Of a DNA stretch of 57,366 nt, positions 1 to 9,533 are shown piece by piece (positions within the stretch are counted from its first letter, which is position 1; each line of letters starts with the position of its first letter). Source of the stretch: an uncultured delta proteobacterium (GTDB lineage: Bacteria > Desulfobacterota > RBG-13-43-22); the NCBI GenBank assembly GCA_963711835.1, contig CAVQFQ010000014.1, forward strand, positions 1 through 57,366, written 5' to 3'. The position numbers were made by a program, and so were the translations under genes. Below the pieces are notes generated by a model. The model ran no database searches, had not been told where the DNA came from, and was given only the letters and a program-made list of their open reading frames with translations.

Positions 1-843
1 GATCCCTCCAACAACGAGGACTACAAAGTGACGCTCCGGCTCCGCGAGGAGGACCGGGCCGACCCCGGGACGATCGGGCGGCTCCTGGTCTCGCGGGAGG
101 GTGGAGGGGTGGCGCAGCTCGAAAGCGTGGCGCGGATCGAGCGGGTGCCGAGCGCCTCGAGGATCGACCGTCTCGACCGGCAACGCGAGGTTCGCCTCCG
201 GGCCTCGGTGGCGCCCGGGTTCGCGATGGCCGACCGGCTGGAGGCGCTACGCGCCGCGGTGGCCGCGATGAACCTGCCCACCGCCTACACCACGCGCGTT
301 TCCGGGCGGGGGCGGGAGCTCGAGCGGACGTTCGGCGAGTTCGTCTGGGCCTTTGCCCTGTCGATCGTCTTCATGTACATGATCCTCGCCTCCCAGTTCG
401 AGAACCTGGTCCACCCTTTCACCATCCTGCTCTCCATCCCGCTCTGCATCCCCTTTGCGCTGCTGTCGATCTGGCTCATGGGGAACACCTTGAACCTCTA
501 CTCGGCGCTCGGGATCCTCGTCCTGTTCGGCGTGGTGAAGAAAAACGCCATCCTCCAGATCGACCACATGAACAGCCTGCGCACGGGCGGGATGGACCGG
601 GCCTCGGCGATCCTCCAGGGGAACCGGGACCGGCTTCGGCCGATCCTCATGACGACGCTCACCTTCGTAGCCGGCATGCTCCCGCTGGCCGTCGGCTCCG
701 GCCCGGGTGCCGAGGAGCGACGCGTGATCGCTGTCGTCGTCATCGGCGGCCAGACGCTCTCGCTTCTGCTCACGCTGCTCGCGACGCCGGTCGTCTACTC
801 GCTGCTGGACGACTTGTCCCTCGTGTTCCGGCGACGCAAGTGA
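1..843 (+). CDS. RND efflux permease (AcrB/CzcA family), 5'-truncated by window edge
   Basis: C-terminal RND motifs YMILASQFE..HPFTILLSIP, GVVKKNAILQID, RLRPILMTT, GGQTLSLLLTL; frame runs off the left edge. Confidence 0.95.
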   Translation, partial: DPSNNEDYKVTLRLREEDRADPGTIGRLLVSREGGGVAQLESVARIERVPSASRIDRLDRQREVRLRASVAPGFAMADRLEALRAAVAAMNLPTAYTTRVSGRGRELERTFGEFVWAFALSIVFMYMILASQFENLVHPFTILLSIPLCIPFALLSIWLMGNTLNLYSALGILVLFGVVKKNAILQIDHMNSLRTGGMDRASAILQGNRDRLRPILMTTLTFVAGMLPLAVGSGPGAEERRVIAVVVIGGQTLSLLLTLLATPVVYSLLDDLSLVFRRRK

Positions 844-915
844 TTTGTCATCCGTTGATATTTTTGGTGGAATGAACCGAGGTCAGGTCGCTTCGAACCG
901 AAGGGCGGGAACCCC

Positions 916-1104
916 ATGGAACCATCCAAGATCGTTGTCCGGTATCGCGACGGGCCTACCTTGAAGGGCACCACGCAGAATTTTTTCCCCAACAAGCCGA
1001 ATTTTCACGTCAACCGCCAGGGGACAACCGGTCCCGGAGACGTCATCGAGGTGAAGGTCGAGGACCTGAAAAGCATTAACAGGGCAAGACCTTTTTTCTG
1101 GTAA
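916..1104 (+). pseudogene. DUF6982-like small protein, truncated near 1070
   Basis: KIVVRYRDG..LKGTTQNFFPNKPNFH..EVKVEDLK resembles the family N-terminus, then the sequence breaks into an unrelated tail and stop. Confidence 0.55.
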
Positions 1105-1214
1105 CGAGACATCCGAATCACAAATTTAAAACCCGTCCGGGGCGATTTTCTCTCCGGGTTCCGCGGTGGCACCCTGGACGATTTAAACCAGGCCTTCGAT
1201 CTCTGGCCCCGGGA

Positions 1215-1305
1215 AGTCTATCTGATCCCAGAATATGAAAAGATCGATGTCGAAATCATCAAAAACAAGATGAGAACCGCAGGTATGAGTCGTGATAAAT
1301 ATTAA
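1215..1305 (+). pseudogene. HicA-like toxin C-terminal remnant
   Basis: Frame reads VYLIPEYEKIDVEIIKNKMRTAGMSRDKY*, resembling HicA C-termini; no start or partner. Confidence 0.45.
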
Positions 1306-1335
1306 ACAAATAAATCCTTCCTCTTGATTGCCCAA

Positions 1336-3832
1336 ATGACAGAGACCCCCGACAACCGGCAGCTTCAGTTGGCCTTCGAATATGTGCAGTACACCGGCCG
1401 GAACGTATTTCTAACCGGGAAGGCCGGCACCGGCAAAACAACTTTTTTACATACCTTGAAAACGAAATCGCCCAAGCGGATGATCGTGGTGGCGCCCACG
1501 GGGGTGGCGGCCATCAATGCCGGGGGGGTCACCATTCACTCGTTCTTCCAGTTACCCTTCGGCCCCCTGGTACCGGATATGGAATCCGGCGGCGACGGGC
1601 CGGGAGGCCAATACCGCTTCAGCCGGCAAAAAATAGATATCATCCGCAGCCTTGACCTGCTGGTCATCGACGAGATCAGCATGGTACGCGCAGACCTGCT
1701 TGACGGCATTGATGCTGTTCTGCGCCGCTTCCGCGGAGGCAGCCGGCCTTTTGGCAGTGTGCAACTGCTGATGATCGGCGATTTACAGCAACTGGCCCCG
1801 GTGGTCAAAGACGACGAATGGGAAATCCTGCGCAGCCATTACCAGACGATGTTCTTTTTCAGCAGCCAGGCCTTGGCCCAGAACCGGTTTGTGAGTATCG
1901 AACTGCAGCATATCTACCGGCAAAGCGATGCGCGGTTCATCGACCTGCTGGCCAAGGTCCGGGAAAACCGGATGGATGAGGCCGACCTGATCGCCCTGAA
2001 TAAACGCTGCAATCCGGCCTTGGCCAAAGAAACCCCTGAAGGCACCATTACCCTGACCACCCACAATTTTCAGGCTCAGAAAATCAACGAAGCCCGGCTG
2101 GCCGCATTGCCCGGCAAAGAGAAACGATTCGAGGCCCGGGTGGAAGGTGATTTTCCCCCCTATGCCTTTCCGACTGCTTCCGAACTGGTGCTCAAGCCCG
2201 GGGCCCAGGTGATGTTCGTCAAAAACGACAGCTCTCCCGAAAAGTTATTTTTTAACGGCAAAATCGGCCAGCTTAAACACATCACCGAGGATGGGCTGAT
2301 TGTCAAATGCCCCGGCGATACCAAACCGATCATGGTCGAACCCGCCGAATGGAAAAACATTAAATACACACTGAACGAAACGACCAGGGAGATTAAAGAA
2401 ACCGAATCGGGCAAATTCATCCAGTTCCCCCTCAAACTGGCCTGGGCGATCACTATTCATAAGAGTCAGGGGCTTACCTTTGACCAAGCCGTCATCGATG
2501 CCCGAGCCGCCTTTGCCGATGGCCAGGTCTATGTGGCTCTGAGCCGTTGCCGGACCCTCGAGGGTCTGGTGCTCAGCACCCCCATCGAAAGCCGCAGCAT
2601 CAAAAGCAGCGCCGTCGTCGGTGAATTTACCCGCCACATCGAACAAAATGCCCCGGATCAAGATCAACTTAAAGAGGCCAGGCGGGATTATCAGGTGGTT
2701 CTGCTTGATGAACTCTTTGACTTTTCGGCCCTGTTAGGCTGTCTGTTTTCCTGCCTGAAAATCTCCAACGAGTACAAAACCATACTGGCGGGTGTCACCC
2801 CTCTGTTTTTCAGGCGCACTGTAGAAGCCGTCAAGGCGGAGATAACCGGAGTCGCCGACAAGTTCACCGTCCAGCGCCGGCAAATCATCAGAGAGGCCGC
2901 CGACCTTGAAACCTGTCCGCTGCTTCAGGAACGGGTAAGCATGGCCGCCGACTATTTTATCGGGAAAATCGAATCCCTGGTGACCCGACCCCTGCAGGCC
3001 GTTTCGGTTGAAACCGACAACCGCGAAGCGCGCAAGGCCCTGCAAAAGGCCCTGGAGGCCGTGTTCAAGAAAGCGGCGGGGAAACTGTACTGCCTCAATG
3101 CCTGCCGATCAGGCATCGTGTTTGCCGATTTCCTCAACGTGCGTGCCCAGTCCCTGTTCCAGGGAACAGCCGCCAAACCGGCCCGTCTGAAAGAAGACCA
3201 GGGGGCGGCATCCAGACATTCTCAGCCACCCGGAGCTTTACGCCAAGCTTAAACAATGGCGCACCGCCAAGGCTGAGGAAGCCGGGCGGCCGGCATTTTG
3301 GGTGCTCCACAACACGGCCCTGGCCGAAATTTCCGAAAGGCTTCCGGCTTCCAGTGAAGAACTCTGCGTCATCAAGGGTTTGAAAGGCAAGAAAGGCAAA
3401 ACCCTGGGGGCTGAAATCCTGCAGTTGGTTGGCCAATACCGCTTAAAGCACAACCTGCCCGCACCTCAAGCGGTTCAGGTAAACGAAGGCGGCCAGCCCG
3501 CCAGTATTAAAAAAGATAAACCGAAAACCAGGGAAGAATCATTACGGCTGTTTCTCGAAGGCCGGAGCGCAGCCGAAGTGGCTGCGGCGCGGGGCCTGGC
3601 CTTATCGACTATCGAAGGCCATCTGGCCCATTTTGTCGGAACCGGAAAATTGGGCCTCGAACGCCTGATGGAACCGGAAAAGGCGGCCCGTATTGCCGCC
3701 TATTTCCAGGGCAATCAATACCAGGGACTGACCCCGGCCAAAGAGGTTTTGGGCGAAGACGTATCCTACGGCGAACTGCGGTTCGTCTTGAAGGATCTTG
3801 AGCGCAAGGGAAAACTCAAAACCGACCTTTAG
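1336..3832 (+). CDS. PIF1-like SF1B helicase with HRDC and C-terminal HTH domains, frameshifted near 3230
   Basis: GKAGTGKT Walker A, DEISMV, GDLQQLAPV, AITIHKSQGLT, YVALSR; second ORF 3302-3832 has HRDC-like and LALSTIEGHLA HTH segments. Confidence 0.9.
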
Positions 3833-4100
3833 CGCCTTAAATTCGGAAATACAGATTGATCTTGAGTTGTCTTGGCAATTAATTCAAGTCCTGAAAGAGA
3901 GAGCGGGTTTACAGGAAGGCTTATCCCTCCCTACATGAATAATATCTCGGCCATAAAAGTAGTTTCCTTCGAAATCCTTGAATGAGGGATTGTAACATCA
4001 GGTAATTCTTTGATTTTGATTTCTATGATTCCTGAAATTTTTTGGGATGGATTTGAGGCAGTTGGTCAAGAAAGTAAAAGACTTGTGATTCCAAGGGGGG

Positions 4101-4138
4101 AAAAAGAAAAAGGCGCAATCAATTCGGATTGCGCCTTT
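4101..4138 (-). terminator. Rho-independent terminator
   Basis: Perfect 12-bp stem AAAGGCGCAATC/GATTGCGCCTTT (4109-4138) followed by a U-tract on the minus strand. Confidence 0.8.
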
Positions 4139-4146
4139 GAATTTTA

Positions 4147-4163
4147 TAGTGCCGAAAGCGGGA
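4147..4163 (-). other. Isolated tRNA(Leu)-like 3' fragment, possible att core
   Basis: Minus strand TCCCGCTTTCGGCACTA = T-stem 3' arm + acceptor 3' strand + discriminator A, directly upstream of the terminator; no 5' half present. Confidence 0.5.
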
Positions 4164-4626
4164 AACGAGGGGAATATCGGGAGGGCTATTATAGGGGGCA
4201 GCGAGGGTTTTCTTACCTGCCCTCTCCTCTCCCCTTTGTGACCAATGACCCCCCTCCCTGACCAGGAGCAAGGCGGGCGATTATAAGAACTTTAGTTCTT
4301 CCTGAAGTCTTGTTTTCTAATTTTGGCCATCCCTGCATAATTTCAACCGCTACTCTTTAATAAAGGGCGGGTAGAGATTTAAGCTCGTGCATTCTTCGAA
4401 TCTAATAAACATTCTCCCCGATTAGTAACCAGAGCAACCTTTAAGCCCTTGACTTTTCCTAATATCCCTGCTTTAAGGAGGGACCAATTATCCCTGGGAC
4501 TCCACCTTTGGCTAAAGGTCGCTAATACGGCAGGGCGAAGTTGTTAGGAGGAATTTTGGGGAAGATTTGGGAGGGGAAAAGGTGATCTGAAACTCAAAAC
4601 ATAAAATAGCATATAGGAGGAGCGTA

Positions 4627-5417
4627 ATGGGTAACCAGAGCAGGTGGACAGGAATCGTAGTGGGCGTTGTCATGGGAGTGCTGTTTTCGGCGGCAGTCGT
4701 GTTGGCGGGGAGCCTGGAGCCGAGCGTGGGACCGACTGCGGCCGGTTCACAGATGTACACCCTGGAGCAGATCTATAACCGTATCAACAATGGCGCAATA
4801 GCCACCAAGATGACCACGTTCACCGATCCGAGCAGCGGGCCGACGGCCTCGCACAATGCACACGTTAGATGATATTTATGCCCTGGTGGGGTTACGCGCT
4901 CCGGTCCCCAAGACCGGGCAGACCACGTCGTATGCAACAGGGGATGATGGCATCCTTCAAAAAGGGGTGGTCTGGCCGATCCCGCGGTTTAAGGATAACA
5001 ATAACGGCACGGTGACCGACAACCTGACGGGGCTGATCTGGCTGAAGAATGCCAATTGCTTTGGAGTTGAGAACCTGGGCGGAGGCTTTGAGTGACGCCA
5101 ATAATCTGGCAGGCGGATCCTGCGGTGTAGCCGATGGTTCTACGGCGGGCCAATGGCGCCTGCCCAATGTCAAGGAACTTCAGAGTCTGATCGATTTTGC
5201 CTATATTCTTCCTGCATTATCGAATGCGGCCGGGACCGGGCAGTGGGTCGCGGGGGATCCGTCGTTCACCGGCGTCCAGTGGAATAACTACTGGTCGAGT
5301 ACTACGAACGCGGGCGCTACGGACGTCGCGTGGTACGTGTACCTTGGCAACGGCCACGTGGAAAACGCCACTAAGACGAGCACCCTCTTCGTGTGGCCCG
5401 TCAGTGGCGGGCAATGA
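4627..5417 (+). CDS. Secreted DUF1566 (Lcl C-terminal, C-type lectin fold) protein, split by two frameshifts; probable DGR target
   Basis: Signal peptide, VPKTGQT, RFKDNNNGTVTDNLTGLIWLK, WRLPNVKELQSL, YWSSTT..AW.V..VWPV; ORFs 4627-4872, 4856-5095, 5049-5417; RBS GAGGAG. Confidence 0.88.
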
Positions 5418-5510
5418 AGATGATTGGGTTCTTTGATTCTTTGGTTTATTTGATCTTTTATGGGGGTACAGGGGGCTATGCCCCCGACCCGCGTTGCGGA
5501 CATTTTTTTT
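5418..5510 (+). other. Post-VR T/G-rich tract plus GC hairpin (DGR IMH/hairpin-like) and U-tract
   Basis: TTCTTTGATTCTTTGGTTTATTTGATC, then GGGGGC-TAT-GCCCCC (5471-5485), CCGC-GTT-GCGG and T8. Confidence 0.55.
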
Positions 5511-5551
5511 GGTATAAATCGGGTGTTCTCACAAGCAAGGGAGGATTTTAC

Positions 5552-6099
5552 ATGATCTACACCACACCAAAACGGATAGGACGCGGAGTATTGTTTGCGG
5601 CCTCTGTCCTGGTCCTGCTAAGTATGTACCAGATAGGTTCAGCCGCGAATATGGACCCTACGGCCAAATGGGCCTGGAGTGCGAACGCGGGCTGGATCAA
5701 TTTCAACCCCACCGTCGGCGGAGATGTCGCCGTGTATGGGGATCATCTGGAAGGAACTATCTGGGCCGAGAATGTCGGCTGGATACGACTGGGGACCCAC
5801 ACCGGCAGCAGTCCCTATACTTATGCCAACACCGACGCCACCAATTACGGCGTCAACCGCGATCCCAGTGGCAGATTAGCCGGCTATGCCTGGGGCGCCA
5901 ACGTGGGCTGGATCAACTTTGCCCCCACCGGCGGCGGGGTGACCATCGACCCCGGACCGGGGCCTTTGCCGGTTACGCCTGGGGGGAGAACGTGGGCTGG
6001 ATCAGCCTAAAGGGGGGCAGCGGACCCACCGCCTACGGGGTGGTTACCGATTTTCGCCATTTCCAAATCTATCTGCCGCTGGTCCTGAAGTCGTCGTGA
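5552..6099 (+). CDS. Secreted repeat protein (AW.EN.GWI repeats) with C-terminal IYLPLVLK motif, frameshift near 5955
   Basis: RBS GGAGG, signal peptide, four AW(S/A/G)xNxGWI repeats across ORFs 5393-6010 and 5668-6099. Confidence 0.75.
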
Positions 6100-6136
6100 G
6101 GATTTAGCGGGAAACGCCTATTGAACCCCTCAGAGG

Positions 6137-6171
6137 AGAGGGCAGGATTCAGAAATTAACCTGCCCTCTTT
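6137..6171 (+). terminator. Probable terminator
   Basis: AGAGGGCAGG...CCTGCCCTCT 10-bp stem with a short T tail, after the gene end. Confidence 0.5.
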
Positions 6172-6550
6172 GCACAGTTCGATCCGTAATCGTTAGCTCT
6201 CCATGCCATCCTGGCAAAGCATTCGTAGGTGACATCGTTAAATTTGGAGCGGGGAGGTAATTTTCGAGGAAACTTGAGGGCTTCTTCCTGTACTTTTAAA
6301 AAAATAAGTGTTCAACAGTTTCTCTGGATGGTCCTAATTCCAAATGGGGAGGAGTTGATGGGGGCTGCCCATAACCGGATCGTCACTAAAACCAGAGTCA
6401 GAAATGGCTCTGCCTTTTTTATTAAAATTTACCTTTGCACGTGAGGCGTGGATACACCCATTTTATTGCTATTCGTTGTTCCTTTCATCATACCCTTTCC
6501 TCTATCGCTTCGAGAGCCCGGCCCGATCTGATTTAACCGTCACAAAGATT

Positions 6551-6991
6551 TTAACCGGCCCACTGCATCACCAGGGCGTCCTCCCCCTCAGAGGCATAGT
6601 AGCGCGGGCGGCGGTAGAGGGTCTTGAAACCCAGGACCTGATAGAGGCCGATGGCGGCTCGGTTGGAAGGACGAACCTCCAGAAATATATGGCTGACTTC
6701 CTGCAGTCGGGCTTTGTTCAGCAGGGCCTCCATCATGAAACGCCCCTGGCCCTGGCGCCGGCAGTCGGGATGGACCGCGATATTGAGGAGTTGTATTTCC
6801 TGGGGCAGGAGCCAAAAACAAAGATAGCCCCGGGCAGGATCCGTGGCTTCTTTGGTCAGGACATACAAACTGATCGGAAGGCGATTGATCTCGGAACGAA
6901 AAATGGCTTCCGACCAGGGATAAGGGAAAGCGCTTTTCTCAATGGCCAGGATTTCCGGTAAATCGATTTTCTTGGCCGGCCGAAGAATCAT
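6551..6991 (-). CDS. rimI: Ribosomal protein S18 alanine N-acetyltransferase
   Basis: F.YPWS, LLNIAVHP..RRQGQG, LEVRPSN..AIGLY, RPRYY..EDALVM. Confidence 0.92.
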   Translation of the reverse strand: MILRPAKKIDLPEILAIEKSAFPYPWSEAIFRSEINRLPISLYVLTKEATDPARGYLCFWLLPQEIQLLNIAVHPDCRRQGQGRFMMEALLNKARLQEVSHIFLEVRPSNRAAIGLYQVLGFKTLYRRPRYYASEGEDALVMQWAG

Positions 6992-7007
6992 GGAAGAACC
7001 CCGGGCA

Positions 7008-7412
7008 TCAGATCTCTTTTTTCAGGATTTCTCCGGCTAAAGCGATACTTCGCAGTCCGTAATTTTTGATCTCTTGGGCCAGAGGGGTCAGGGATTTCCC
7101 CTCCCTCTTGGAGGACAAGCCGATCAACATCGGCAGGTTCACCCCGGTCACCACTTCGACCCGGCCTTCGGATAAAAAAGTCAGGCTGATATTGGAAGGG
7201 GTCCCACCGAACATATCGGTCAGGATAATCACTCCCTGGCCGGTGTCCACTTTCGCAATGGCCGCCACAACCTTCTCCCGAAGCCTTTTGGCCGGATCCT
7301 GGGGATCCAGCGAGACGGCTTCAGCCTGGGTAATTTTGCCCAGGATAAATTCGGCGGCCCGTATCAATTCCTGGCCCAGGTGGCAGTGTGTTACGATAAC
7401 AATTCCGATCAT
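7008..7412 (-). CDS. PTS mannose-type IIA component
   Basis: IVIVTH, LTDMFGGTPSN, VVTGVNLPML. Confidence 0.92.
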   Translation of the reverse strand: MIGIVIVTHCHLGQELIRAAEFILGKITQAEAVSLDPQDPAKRLREKVVAAIAKVDTGQGVIILTDMFGGTPSNISLTFLSEGRVEVVTGVNLPMLIGLSSKREGKSLTPLAQEIKNYGLRSIALAGEILKKEI

Positions 7413-7476
7413 GCGCTGTCTTCCCTTCCTGCAGTAGCCATTTTTCGAACCTCGAGATGGAGGAGTCCGATAGCCT

Positions 7477-8358
7477 TCAATCTAAGCGGATATCCCGATG
7501 GCGAATATTAAGGAGCATCTTTTGTTTTTTTAAAAAATCAGCCAGGGCGTTGATGATGGCCACCGAACGGTGTTTTCCGCCGGTGCAGCCGGCCGCGATG
7601 GTCAACTGAGATTTCCCTTCCTTCTGATAGTGAGGCAAAAGAAAGGAAATCAATTTATAGAACTGCCTCAGGAAAGCCTTGGTCTCTTTCCATTTCATAA
7701 TATAGTCAATCACCGGTTTCTGATTCCCGTCCAATTCTTTTAATTCAGGGACAAAGAAGGGGTTGGGCAGGAAACGGACATCCATAACCATATCCGCTTC
7801 TTTGGGCAAGCCGTATTTATAACCGAAGGATACCAGATTGAGGGTCATCTGGTGGGGATGAGCCGCCTTGGAAAAAAGACGCAGGATTTCCTCCCGCAGT
7901 TGATGGACGTTGAAATAGGTGGTATCCAGACAGGTGGTGGCCAGGCGCCGGATCGATTGCATTTTTTTCCTTTCCAAGGCGATGGTGCTGGAAAGAATTT
8001 TATGATCCCCCAGAGGGTGATGCCTCCGGGTGGCGCTAAAACGGCGGATCAGGGCGTCTTCATCGGCTTCCAGGAACAGGATCTCGATGGCATAGCCCTT
8101 TTGATTGATTTCCTGGTATATTTTGGGGAATTGGCTTAAAAAATCCTTGCCCCTGAGATCCATGACCAGCGCGATTTTAAGGACCTCCCGGGATATCTGG
8201 TCTCGTAACTCCAGAAAACGCGGCAACATGGTCGCCGGGAGGTTGTCGATACAAAAAAAACCGATATCCTCAAAGGCCTTTAAGGCGGTACTTTTCCCTG
8301 ACCCCGAAAGGCCGGTAATAACGACCAACCGTATATCTTTCCGTGTTTTTTGAGGCAT
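7477..8358 (-). CDS. rapZ: RNase adapter RapZ
   Basis: TGLSGSGKS, CIDNLP, SFGYKYG, DVRFLPNP, GCTGGKHRSV. Confidence 0.96.
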   Translation of the reverse strand: MPQKTRKDIRLVVITGLSGSGKSTALKAFEDIGFFCIDNLPATMLPRFLELRDQISREVLKIALVMDLRGKDFLSQFPKIYQEINQKGYAIEILFLEADEDALIRRFSATRRHHPLGDHKILSSTIALERKKMQSIRRLATTCLDTTYFNVHQLREEILRLFSKAAHPHQMTLNLVSFGYKYGLPKEADMVMDVRFLPNPFFVPELKELDGNQKPVIDYIMKWKETKAFLRQFYKLISFLLPHYQKEGKSQLTIAAGCTGGKHRSVAIINALADFLKKQKMLLNIRHRDIRLD

Positions 8359-8438
8359 CCAACCTCCCGGATCCGGGATTCCTAATCAACCTCATTGGGC
8401 CCGGAAAAACCGTTCCTCATAAGAGGACAAATCAGCGT

Positions 8439-8900
8439 TCAGAGCGAATCATCCTGCTCCTGAATAATTCTCTCAATATCTTCACGCCCGGCTGCTTTAG
8501 CCAGATTCTCCTTAAAGGCGCTATTTTTTAAAAAACGGGAGATCTTGGCCAGGGCCTTCAGGTGCAGACCGGCGGAATCCTCCGGGGCCAGTAGGATAAA
8601 AAAATAGTGAGTCGGTTTGCCGTCCATGGAATCAAAAGGAATTCCCGGCCGAGAACGCCCGAAGGCGATGATAATCTGGGGGATCTTTTTTAATTTTCCA
8701 TGGGGGATGGCAAAGCCCTCGCCGATCCCGGTACTGCCCAGACGCTCCCGATCGGTTAAAACCTGAAATAATTCCTCGGGCGTACTATCCGGGCATTGGA
8801 GGGCAATGGCCCGGGCAAATTCCCGCAAGGCCTCTTCCTTGCCCCGGGCTTTTAGATCCGGAATGATTAAATCCGGTTTCAGATATTGAAAAATTTTCAT
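8439..8900 (-). CDS. ptsN: PTS IIA-Ntr
   Basis: RERLGSTGIGEGFAIPHGK; position in the rpoN operon. Confidence 0.92.
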   Translation of the reverse strand: MKIFQYLKPDLIIPDLKARGKEEALREFARAIALQCPDSTPEELFQVLTDRERLGSTGIGEGFAIPHGKLKKIPQIIIAFGRSRPGIPFDSMDGKPTHYFFILLAPEDSAGLHLKALAKISRFLKNSAFKENLAKAAGREDIERIIQEQDDSL

Positions 8901-8963
8901 ATTTTTTTAGGCACCCACACTCCTCCGAGACCTGTGGGTCCCGGTCCGGTCCCCAAGCCCCGT

Positions 8964-9503
8964 CTAAAGGGCCGGCTCTATCAACCCGAAATTTCCATCT
9001 TTGCGCCGGTATAAGACGTTGATCAGCCGGGTCTTGGAATTGGTAAAAACCAGAAATTCGCTGTTGGATAACTTGAGCTGCATCGCGGCTTCTTCCACAT
9101 CCATGGGTTTGGCGAAGTTGCCTTCGGCTTTGATAATCTGAGGCCCCTGTTCCTCCGGCTCGGTTTCTTCGCCGGCCGGGCTTCCCGTCGCAGCCTGTTT
9201 GGGTTTGGCTTCCGGCTTATGATCTTTGACTTTGTCCCGGTGGCGTTTAACCTGTTTTTCGATCTTATCCTGGACCATATCGATGGCCGAGTACAAATCC
9301 CCGGTCTCCTCCTGGGCCTTGATCTTAACGCCGTTGGAGGAAATCGTGGCATCCACTGTATGACGAAATTTCTGGATGGAAAGAACCAGATGAATCTCAA
9401 TCGGCTCCTCCAGATACTTCTTCAGACGACCCATCCGATTTTCGGCATACTCTTTCAAATGGTCCGACGGATCGCAATTACGAAAGGAAACGGAAATCTG
9501 CAT
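8964..9503 (-). CDS. hpf: Long ribosome hibernation promoting factor
   Basis: DLYSAID..EKQ, KPMDVEEAAMQ, NVLYRRKDGNFGLIEP. Confidence 0.95.
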   Translation of the reverse strand: MQISVSFRNCDPSDHLKEYAENRMGRLKKYLEEPIEIHLVLSIQKFRHTVDATISSNGVKIKAQEETGDLYSAIDMVQDKIEKQVKRHRDKVKDHKPEAKPKQAATGSPAGEETEPEEQGPQIIKAEGNFAKPMDVEEAAMQLKLSNSEFLVFTNSKTRLINVLYRRKDGNFGLIEPAL

Positions 9504-9533
9504 AAACCCTCCTTAACTCTTATGGAAATAGAC

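Noticed and set aside
4147-4240. Complete tRNA gene
   Set aside because: Only the last ~16 nt fit; no D-arm, anticodon arm or intact TTC loop
4440-4560. Riboswitch upstream of the DUF1566 gene
   Set aside because: Some stems, but no recognisable c-di-GMP or other consensus motif; needs Infernal
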